Source: Nemertoderma westbladi (Eukaryota; Animalia; Xenacoelomorpha). From it: a stretch of DNA of 58,351 nucleotides. Made by a program: the position numbers and the translations under genes. How positions within the stretch are numbered: the stretch's first letter is position 1; every line of letters starts with the position of its first letter. Of the stretch, positions 29,301 through 41,300 are shown one piece after another. Below the pieces are notes generated by a model, which saw only the letters and a list, made by a program, of their open reading frames with translations, did no database searches and was not told the DNA's origin. The stretch lies in NCBI GenBank assembly GCA_032718475.1, contig JAUCBJ010004434.1, positions 1-58,351 of the forward strand, read 5' to 3'.

Positions 29301-32300
29301 CAACCCCTAATAACAATCAGCTACTCACCCCTGTCCTGCGATGAAACTAAGATATTTCGGTATGACTCTATCGTTGAATGAATATATTTCCAGGTAACTG
29401 GTGTCTTCTTTGTTATTCGGTTCCCGAAGTTCCCACCATTCTGATGTTCCGTTCGTAACCAAATTAGCAGTTACGTTGCCATATAGGCTAGCTAAGAAAA
29501 AATAAATAGGTTCAGTAGGCTTATACAGCTTACTTACTGTACCGTACGTGTAGGTTCAGTGTACATACTTTACTTACTGTACCGTACGTGTAGGTTCAGT
29601 ATACATACTTACTTACTGTACCGTACGTGTATGTTCAGTATACATGCTTACTGTACCGTACGTGTAGGTTCAGTATACATACTTACTGTACCGTACGTGT
29701 AGGTTCAGTATACATACTTACTTACTGTACCGTACGTGTAGGTTCAGTATACATGCTACTTACTGTACCGTACGTGTAGGTTCAGTATACATGCTACTTA
29801 CTGTACCGTACGTGTAGGTTCAGTATACATACTTACTTACTGTACCGTACGTGTAGGTTCAGTATACATACTTACTTACTGTACCGTACGTGTAGGTTCA
29901 GTATACATACTTACTTACTGTACCGTACGTGTAGGTTCAGTATACATACTTACTTACTGTACCGTACGTGTAGGTTCAGTATACATACTTACTGTACCGT
30001 ACGTGTAGGTTCAGTATACATGCTTACTTACTGTACCGTACGTGTAGGTTCAGTATACATGCTTACTGTACCGTACGTGTAGGTTCAGTATAAATACTTA
30101 CTTACTGTACCGTACGTGTAGGTTCAGTATACATACTTACTTACTGTACCGTACGTGTAGGTTCAGTATACATACTTACTTACTGTACCGTACGTGTAGG
30201 TTCAGTATACATGACTTACTGTACCGTACGTGTAGGTTCAGTATACATGCACTTACTGTACCGTACGTGTAGGTTCAGTATACATACTTACTTACTGTAC
30301 CGTACGTGTAGGTTCAGTATACATACTTACTGTACCGTACGTGTAGGTTCAGTATACATAATCACTTACTGTACCGTACGTGTAGGTTCAGTATACATGC
30401 TTACTTACTGTACCGTACGTGTAGGTTCAGTATACATGCTTACTGTACCGTACGTGTAGGTTCAGTATACATACTTACTTACTGTACCGTACGTGTACGT
30501 TCAGTATACATGCTTACTTACTGTACCGTACGTGTAGGTTCAGTATACATCTACTTACTGTACCGTACGTGTAGGTTCAGTATACATGCTTACTTACTGT
30601 ACCGTACGTGTAGGTTCAGTATACATGCTTACTTACTGTACCGTACGTGTACGTTCAGTATACATGCTTACTTACTGTACCGTACGTGTAGGTTCAGTAT
30701 ACATGCTCACTTACTGTACCGTACGTGTACGTTCAGTATACATGCTTACTTACTGTACCGTACGTGTAGGTTCAGTATACATGCTTACTGTACCGTACGT
30801 GTAGGTTCAGTATACATACTTACTTACTGTACCGTACGTGTAGGTTCAGTATACATGCTTACTTACTGTACCGTACGTGTAGGTTCAGTATACATGCTTA
30901 CTTACTGTACCGTACGTGTAGGTTCAGTATACATGCTACTTACTGTACCGTACGTGTAGGTTCAGTATACATACTTACTTACTGTACCGTACGTGTACGT
31001 TCAGTATACATGCTTACTGTACCGTATGTGTAGGTTCAGTATAAATACTTACTTACTGTACCGTACGTGTAGGTTCAGTATACATACTTACTTACTGTTC
31101 CGTACGTGTAGGTTCAGTATACATACTTACTTACTGTACCGTACGTGTAGGTTCAGTATACATACTTACTTACTGTACCGTACGTGTAGGTTCAGTATAC
31201 ATACTTACTTACTGTACCGTACGTGTAGGTTCAGTATACATACTTACTTACTGTACCGTACGTGTAGGTTCAGTATACATGCTTACTTACTGTACCGTAC
31301 GTGTAGGTTCAGTATACATGCTACTTACTGTACCGTACGTGTAGGTTCAGTATACATACTTACTTACTGTACCGTACGTGTAGGTTCAGTATACATGCTT
31401 ACTTACTGTACCGTACGTGTAGGTTCAGTATACATGCTACTTACTGTACCGTACGTGTAGGTTCAGTATACATGCTACTTACTGTACCGTACGTGTAGGT
31501 TCAGTATACATACTTACTTACTGTACCGTACGTGTAGGTTCAGTATACATGCTTACTTACTGTACCGTACGTGTAGGTTCAGTATACATGCTTACTGTAC
31601 CGTACGTGTAGGTTCAGTATACATAATCACTTACTGTACCGTACGTGTAGGTTCAGTATACATGCTTACTTACTGTACCGTACGTGTAGGTTCAGTATAC
31701 ATGCTTACTGTACCGTACGTGTAGGTTCAGTATACATACTTACTTACTGTACCGTACGTGTACTGCGTTCAGTATACATGCTTACTTACTGTACCGTACG
31801 TGTAGGTTCAGTATACATACTTACTTACTGTACCGTACGTGTAGGTTCAGTATACATGCTTACTTACTGTACCGTACGTGTAGGTTCAGTATACATGCTT
31901 ACTTACTGTACCGTACGTGTACGTTCAGTATACATGCTTACTTACTGTACCGTACGTGTAGGTTCAGTATACATGCTTACTTACTGTACCGTACGTGTAG
32001 GTTCAGTATACATGCTTACTTACTGTACCGTACGTGTAGGTTCAGTATACATGCTTACTTACTGTACCGTACGTGTACGTTCAGTATACATGCTTACTTA
32101 CTGTACCGTACGTGTAGGTTCAGTATACATGCTCACTTACTGTACCGTACGTGTACGTTCAGTATACATGCTTACTTACTGTACCGTACGTGTAGGTTCA
32201 GTATACATACTTACTTACTGTACCGTACGTGTAGGTTCAGTATACATGCTCACTTACTGTACCGTACGTGTAGGTTCAGTATACATGCTCACTTACTGTA

Positions 32301-35300
32301 CCGTACGTGTAGGTTCAGTATACATGCTTACTTACTGTACCGTACGTGTAGGTTCAGTATACATGCTTACTTACTGTACCGTACGTGTAGGTTCAGTATA
32401 CATGCTTACTTACTGTACCGTACGTGTAGGTTCAGTATACATGCTCACTTACTGTACCGTACGTGTACGTTCAGTATACATGCTTACTTACTGTACCGTA
32501 CGTGTACGTTCAGTATACATGCTTACTTACTGTACCGTACGTGTAGGTTCAGTATACATGCTTACTTACTGTACCGTACGTGTACGTTCAGTATACATGC
32601 TCACTTACTGTACCGTACGTGTACGTTCAGTATACATGCTTACTTACTGTACCGTACGTGTAGGTTCAGTATACATGCTCACTTACTGTACCGTACGTGT
32701 AGGTTCAGTATACATGCTTACTTACTGTACCGTACGTGTAGGTTCAGTATACATGCTCACTTACTGTACCGTACGTGTAGGTTCAGTATACATGCTTACT
32801 TACTGTACCGTACGTGTAGGTTCAGTATACATACTTACTTACTGTACCGTACGTGTACGTTCAGTATACATGCTTACTTACTGTACCGTACGTGTAGGTT
32901 CAGTATACATGCTTACTTACTGTACCGTACGTGTAGGTTCAGTATACATGCTCACTTACTGTACCGTACGTGTAGGTTCAGTATACATGCTCACTTACTG
33001 TACCGTACGTGTACGTTCAGTATACATGCTCACTTACTGTACCGTACGTGTAGGTTCAGTATACATGCTCACTTACTGTACCGTACGTGTACGTTCAGTA
33101 TACATGCTTACTTACTGTACCGTACGTGTAGGTTCAGTATACATACTTACTTACTGTACCGTACGTGTAGGTTCAGTATACATGCTCACTTACTGTACCG
33201 TACGTGTAGGTTCAGTATACATGCTCACTTACTGTACCGTACGTGTAGGTTCAGTATACATGCTCACTTACTGTACCGTACGTGTAGGTTCAGTATACAT
33301 GCTCACTTACTGTACCGTACGTGTACGTTCAGTATACATGCTCACTTACTGTACCGTACGTGTAGGTTCAGTATACATGCTTACTTACTGTACCGTACGT
33401 GTAGGTTCAGTATACATGCTCTCTTACTGTACCGTACGTGTAGGTTCAGTATACATGCTTACTTACTGTACCGTACGTGTAGGTTCAGTATACATGCTCA
33501 CTTACTGTACCGTACGTGTAGGTTCAGTATACATACTTACTTACTGTACCGTACGTGTAGGTTCAGTATACATACTTACTTACTGTACCGTACGTGTAGG
33601 TTCAGTATACATGCTCACTTACTGTACCGTACGTGTAGGTTCAGTATACATGCTCACTTACTGTACCGTACGTGTAGGTTCAGTATACATGCTTACTTAC
33701 TGTACCGTACGTGTAGGTTCAGTATACATGCTCACTTACTGTACCGTACGTGTACGTTCAGTATACATGCTTACTTACTGTACCGTACGTGTAGGTTCAG
33801 TATACATACTTACTTACTGTACCGTACGTGTAGGTTCAGTATACATGCTTACTTACTGTACCGTACGTGTACGTTCAGTATACATGCTCACTTACTGTAC
33901 CGAACGTGTACGTTCAGTATACATGCTTACTTACTGTACCGTACGTGTAGGTTCAGTATACATGCTCACTTACTGTACCGTACGTGTAGGTTCAGTATAC
34001 ATGCTTACTTACTGTACCGTACGTGTAGGTTCAGTATACATGCTCACTTACTGTACCGTACGTGTAGGTTCAGTATACATGCTTACTTACTGTACCGTAC
34101 GTGTAGGTTCAGTATACATACTTACTTACTGTACCGTACGTGTACGTTCAGTATACATGCTCACTTACTGTACCGTACGTGTAGGTTCAGTATACATGCT
34201 TACTTACTGTACCGTACGTGTAGGTTCAGTATACATGCTCACTTACTGTACCGTACGTGTAGGTTCAGTATACATGCTCACTTACTGTACCGTACGTGTA
34301 GGTTCAGTATACATGCTCACTTACTGTACCGTACGTGTAGGTTCAGTATACATGCTCACTTACTGTACCGTACGTGTAGGTTCAGTATACATGCTCTACT
34401 TACTGTACCGTACGTGTAGGTTCAGTATACATACTTACTTACTGTACCGTACGTGTAGGTTCAGTATACATGCTCACTTACTGTACCGTACGTGTAGGTT
34501 CAGTATACATGCTCACTTACTGTACCGTACGTGTAGGTTCAGTATACATGCTCACTTACTGTACCGTACGTGTAGGTTCAGTATACATGCTCACTTACTG
34601 TACCGTACGTGTAGGTTCAGTATACATGCTCACTTACTGTACCGTACGTGTAGGTTCAGTATACATGCTCACTTACTGTACCGTACGTGTAGGTTCAGTA
34701 TACATGCTTACTTACTGTACCGTACGTGTAGGTTCAGTATACATACTTACTTACTGTACCGTACGTGTAGGTTCAGTATACATGCTCACTTACTGTACCG
34801 TACGTGTAGGTTCAGTATACATGCTTACTTACTGTACCGTACGTGTAGGTTCAGTATACATGCTCACTTACTGTACCGTACGTGTAGGTTCAGTATACAT
34901 ACTTACTTACTGTACCGTACGTGTAGGTTCAGTATACATGCTCACTTACTGTACCGTACGTGTAGGTTCAGTATACATGCTCACTTACTGTACCGTACGT
35001 GTAGGTTCAGTATACATGCTCACTTACTGTACCGTACGTGTAGGTTCAGTATACATGCTCACTTACTGTACCGTACGTGTACGTTCAGTATACATGCTCA
35101 CTTACTGTACCGTACGTGTAGGTTCAGTATACATACTTACTTACTGTACCGTACGTGTAGGTTCAGTATACATGCTCACTTACTGTACCGTACGTGTAGG
35201 TTCAGTATACATACTTACTTACTGTACCGTACGTGTAGGTTCAGTATACATGCTCACTTACTGTACCGTACGTGTAGGTTCAGTATACATGCTTACTTAC

Positions 35301-38300
35301 TGTACCGTACGTGTAGGTTCAGTATACATGCTCACTTACTGTACCGTACGTGTAGGTTCAGTATACATGCTCACTTACTGTACCGTACGTGTAGGTTCAG
35401 TATACATGCTCACTTACTGTACCGTACGTGTAGGTTCAGTATACATGCTCACTTACTGTACCGTACGTGTAGGTTCAGTATACATGCTCACTTACTGTAC
35501 CGTACGTGTAGGTTCAGTATACATGCTCACTTACTGTACCGTACGTGTAGGTTCAGTATACATGCTTACTGTACCGTACGTGTAGGTTCAGTATACATGC
35601 TTACTTACTGTACCGTACGTGTAGGTTCAGTATACATGCTTACTGTACCGTACGTGTAGGTTCAGTATACATGCTTACTTACTGTACCGTACGTGTAGGT
35701 TCAGTATACATGCTCACTTACTGTACCGTACGTGTAGGTTCAGTATACATGCTTACTTACTGTACCGTACGTGTAGGTTCAGTATACATGCTACTTACTG
35801 TACCGTACGTGTAGGTTCAGTATACATGCTTACTTACTGTACCGTACGTGTAGGTTCAGTATACATGCTACTTACTGTACCGTACGTGTAGGTTCAGTAT
35901 ACATGCTTACTTACTGTACCGTACGTGTAGGTTCAGTATACATGCTACTTACTGTACCGTACGTGTACGTTCAGTATACATACTTACTTACTGTACCGTA
36001 CGTGTAGTAATTGAAAATGGAAAACCATTTTTTTATGGTCGATCATAAATTATGACGTCATAGAGAACTTCTGAAAAAAAATGAATTAATTAATTGGCAA
36101 AGATCAGCCACCGTACGAACGATTCATTTTCTGTATTTCGCAACGATACGAAATTATTTACGATTTATGATTTACTTTTAAAACAATGAATTTACAGTGA
36201 ATACAAATGTAATTTAATTCAGAAAGCAATAACATTAACGCCGGGAGACAGTTGTTGTTATTAGAAAACTTTTTATTTACGCGATTGAGGTAAGGGATTG
36301 ACATGCTATTGGGAAGGACACGTTATTAACTAAATTAGTTTTCACAGCTTTTTAAACACGGTACAATCCCTAAAACCGCCTTCAGCCAAAATCTTTGATA
36401 AAGTATAGAAACGGAATGGAGTTCATATTATTTGTGATGGGTAGAAAACCAAACACGTTCTTGGGGCCTTCGGGCAGGACAATGTATGCGAACTTAGCGC
36501 ATAAGGACCACTACAGTATTTTAATCGTTGATTAGTCGCCCTCTAGCAGAAGACTGGTTAACGTCTTAGCCCCCCCCCCCCCCCCCCCCCCCACGCGAAT
36601 TCCATTTCAGACTTTCGACATACAGTACTTCACGTGTACCAAGTTTGCTTTAATTCCATCAAATATATTGACTTAGTTATTATCCTTCAAACATTTGCCG
36701 ACAGTAAGTCACCAACCGACAGACCCCAAAACAGCAGTACCGTATGGTAAGCTCGCTTGCTTTGTCGCTCGCCCCTTTACTGTTCTCCAACACCGGACCC
36801 AGGGCTTTGGTAGAGCTATGGGTTTAGTTCTCCAACACCCGGACCCAGGGCTTTGGTAGAGCTATGGGTTTAGTTATCCAACACCCGGGCCCAGGGCTTT
36901 GGTAGAGCTATGGGTTTAGTTCTCCAACACCCGGACCCAGGGCTTTGGTAGAGCTATGGGTTTAGTTCTCCAACACCCGGACCCAGGGCTTTGGTAGAGC
37001 TATGGGTTTAGTTCTCCAACACCCGGACCCAGGGCTTTGGTAGAGCTATGGGTTTAGTTCTCCAACACGCGGACCCAGGGCTTTGGTAGAGCTATGGGTT
37101 TAGTTCTCCAACACCCGGGCCCAGGGCTGCGGTAGAGCTATGGGTTTAGTTCTCCAACACCCGGACCCAGGGCTTTGGTAGAGCTATGGGTTTAGTTCTC
37201 CAACACCCGGACCCAGGGCTTTGGTAGAGCTATGGGTTTAGTTCTCCAACACCCGGACCCAGGGCTTTGGTAGAGCTATGGGTTTAGTTCTCCAACACCC
37301 GGACCCAGGGCTTTGGTAGAGCTATGGGTTTAGTTCTCCAACACCCGCACCCAGGGCTTTGGTAGAGCTATGGGTTTAGTTCTCCAACACGCGGACCCAG
37401 GGCTTTGGTAGTGCTATGGGATTAGTTCTCCAACACCCGGACCCAGGGCTTTGGTAGAGCTATGGGTTTAGTTCTCCAACACCCGGACCCAGGGCTTTGG
37501 TAGAGCTATGGGTTTAGTTCTCCAACACCCGGACCCAGGGCTTTGGTAGAGCTATGGGTTTAGTTCTCCAACACCCGGACCCAGGGCTTTGGTAGAGCTA
37601 TGGGTTTAGTTCTCCAACACCCGGACCCAGGGCTTTGGTAGAGCTATGGGTTTAGTTCTCCAACACCCGGACCCAGGGCTTTGGTAGAGCTATGGGTTTA
37701 GTTATCCAACACCCGGGCCCAGGGCTTTGGTAGAGCTATGGGTTTAGTTATCCAACACCCGGGCCCAGGGCTTTGGTAGAGCTATGGGTTTAGTTCTCCA
37801 ACACCCGGACCCAGGGCTTTGGTAGAGCTATGGGTTTAGTTCTCCAACACCCGGGCCCAGGGCTTTGGTAGAGCTATGGGTTTAGTTATCCAACACCCGG
37901 ACCCAGGGCTTTGGTAGAGCTATGGGTTTAGTTCTCCAACACCCGAACCCAGGGCTTTGGTAGAGCTATGGGTTTAGTTCTCAAACACCCGGACCCAGGG
38001 CTTTGGTAGAGCTATGGGTTTAGTTATCCAACACCCGGACCCAGGGCTTTGGTAGAGCTATGGGATTAGTTGGCATGCAGACCTATGGGGCACCAACTGT
38101 AAATAGTTTTAAATTTCCTCCTTTTTTAGTTGGTCAATTATTATTACATGTCGTCTGTTGGTGGTGGGTAATTGTTGTTTGGTGAAAATGTTTTTAACTC
38201 TGTAAATATAAGAGACTTTGAGGTAAAACAATTTGCAACTGTATTACTTCTGACTCTGTGGAAACATTATTGTTGATAATATATCAAAAACGTTTCTAGA

Positions 38301-41300
38301 CCTACTTCATTCCTGTAACACATACTGTATTTTTAAACTTTGGAAAATCCACAAAAAATATTAAACAACAAAAGTTTAATATGCGCTTTTTCAACACCGA
38401 TCGATTCGTAACGTTACGATTTCGGAATAAAACTATGTAATACACCCTATACTTCTTGTGCACCTCTCACTCCCTCACTCACTCATTCACACACTCCCTA
38501 ACTCACTCACTCAGCGCCTTTCTCGGCATATTTCAAGGCGCTTAACAAAATGTACCTAATTAAAACTATATTAAATATAAGACATGTTAAATAATTGTAC
38601 CTACAGTACTTAAAAAGATATTTAATAAAATCAATGATATTAAAAACAGATAGCAATACTCCAATTTAAAAAGGTGGGTTTTAAGTCTTGCTTTAAAAAG
38701 GGTTAGAGTTCCAAATGGTTGGGGCAACAACCGAGAAGGCGCGTCTACCATAATTGTGCAAGTTGTACCTACAGTAGGGATAACCAGTAAATCGTGTTCT
38801 GTCGATCGTAGTACGCGTGCAGGTTCGTAGGGAGTTAATTTATCAAGTACTGTAGGTATTCTGGTGCGATTCCGTGTAAACATTTATACGTCGGCATGGC
38901 GATCTTGAACTCTAGCCTACATTTTACCGGTAGCCAGTGCAATCGCTTCATTACTAGAGTGATGTGGTCCCGTTTCTTAATGCCTTCTAGCAGTCGCGCC
39001 GCAGAATATTGAACATACATGTACTGTAATTTGTTAATCAAGTTTACCTGTAGGTAAACCCAACTTTACAGTGTAGGCTACAGTAGTGTAGGTTAAAGTA
39101 GGTAAAACCAACTTTACAGTGTAAGCTACTGTAATGATCTACAGTAGGCCTACTTCATACAGAAGTACAATTTTTAGGCCTACAGTATATAAAATTATCA
39201 CTGGAGCTCTGCTCCAGTTCCTGCTGCTACAGTATTATTAGTTTGTTTATTTGTGGCTGGCTGGGTTTGTGGCTAGAATGTTTGAACGTTAATAAGTCGC
39301 TCAATCTTAGATGGAATGGAACCAAACTTGGTACACACATGTAGTCAATCAAAAGTTTAGAAATTATACAGAGAGACAGACTTCTATAGTTCCTCTGTCT
39401 GCCGCTAGGGGGCGAATTGCCAGAAACGTAAAAGTGGCTGTAATCATAGAACCAACTATCAGATTCATCTGAAATTTGGTAGTAGACAGTAGTAACTTAC
39501 GAGCATTGCTTAGTTAGAAATTCTACACACAGACAGACTTTTACAGTTCTTCTGTATGCCGCTAGTGGACGAATAGAGCTGCAGTTCATCGTGCTTAGCA
39601 CGGTTTAATAATACATTATTACGTATAATATACTGTAGTCTATATTTATGATACATTTTATAGCGAATTGGTACTAACCTTCCGTGGGAGTAGCTAAGTC
39701 TTTGACGACATCGCTAGCTCCTACGGGCCGAGTTCGGATATACTTGGGAAACAACTGTAACAAGGGGCTGCAAAATACCAATTGGGGAAAACATCAAAGC
39801 AACTAACATGCACAATAGCACAGTGCGTCGTAATAATTCGATCAGTTATAAAAAATAAAATGATGTGTTTCTCTTAAAATGAGTATGTGGCATTGTAAAC
39901 ACGTAACTTTAAAAATCCCACCAGAAACTGGTGCCTACAACAACTGTTCTACTGTAGGTACAGTTAGATCAATTGCAACTGAAAACATATCAATCAGTCG
40001 CGATAAAATAAGGTAACAAATTTCATTACACCATAACCTGGAATATTGTGTCTTAATTCTCTTAATTCAGCCCCCCCCCACCCCCCCCAAATTCTTCTAC
40101 AAATCGAAAAGATATTGTATGAAATTTGAAACATAAATACCAGTTACACTGACGTTATTCTTATCATCAGTATACCTGTAGTGATTTTTTGGTACAGTAC
40201 TAATGGAAAGCTGACCATTCAAGGATTCAAAATTATGCAAAACCATTTGAATTTTGTCGGGAAATAGCTGAGATAGACTAGAGGGTGTTCTACGATTACA
40301 TGTTTTTAATTCACTGGTGGCCTTTTTATTCTATTAAATAAATACACCATGTTTTAGAACACGAGGTTAATGTGGACTTTATAATCTCCTCTCAGTTTGG
40401 CATGGTTGAGTTGTTCTGAGAGAACCACTAATGTGGAAATGTGCGACACATTACGGTTCCACGCATAGGACGTGTGGAGTGGGAAATAATCCTAGCCAAG
40501 AGTGCGGTATAATCTCCTCTCAGTTTGGCATGGTTGAGTTGTTCTGAGAGAACCACTAATGTGGAAATGTGCGACACATTACGGTTCCACGCATAGGACG
40601 TGTGGAGTGGGAAATAATCCTAGCCAAGAGTGCGGTAGAGTTAGTGCGAGCAATTAAAAATCGTCTAAAGCTGTATAACTAAAACGTTATGTCATCGTTA
40701 AGGCCATCAATGACATTAGCTACATGGTCTTAGATAACTAAAATATACAGAGAGAAAAACTGGAAAGACATATTGATTGGAATTAAATTAACTTTATAAT
40801 CAGATTCGATTATAATATGTATGGGCAGTGCAATATAGAATCAATAATTATTTACAGTAACTTCTGTACTTCTCAATCCTAAAACATATAATAGGGTTGG
40901 TGCGCGAAAAAATTGTTGGGCTAGAAACAATCGAATAAGGGGTAACAAGGTGCCCTGAATCGAGTGAAGGGGGTTTTTTTTTTGTAAAAACACGTGGGAA
41001 CGGTCTAAATGGCGGGTTTAAGTAAGTGCGGGAAGCCAATTTTGAAAATCGGCTGTGATTGGCTGATACATATTTGACGTCATTACGCAGTGCTCTGATA
41101 ATTTCTTATATTGGTTTCTATGGAGGGTGATTTTAGATCCATTAAAATACACATTTAATCTCAATCATTTCACACGTGGCTTATATCATATGTTTCTAGC
41201 CCAACAATTTTTTCGCGCACCAACCCTATTCGAGTAGAAAAAAATACCCCGCTTAGAAAAAGGGAACTTTATAATGACTATGAATAATATAATATAATTG

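Noticed and set aside
12108-29331. Telomeric repeat, or a coded binary message in the C/A variants
   Set aside because: The array is interstitial and continuous with a splice donor. The variant pattern is explained by block duplication.
30211-35659. ORFs up to 1293 aa of ([13 protein letters not shown])n
   Set aside because: 39-bp satellite artefact. Frequent 1- and 4-bp indels show no frame selection.
35992-36070. Possible Piezo exon (ttttttcag acceptor, ACA|GTAAGT donor) at the start of the 39-bp array
   Set aside because: Stops in all three frames, and the protein is complete without it. A poison exon cannot be excluded without RNA data.
39355-39575. CTCF-like motif CCGCTAGGGGGCG in a ~60-bp imperfect direct repeat
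   Set aside because: It lies in transposon-like sequence, the second copy is degenerate, and the organism is unknown.
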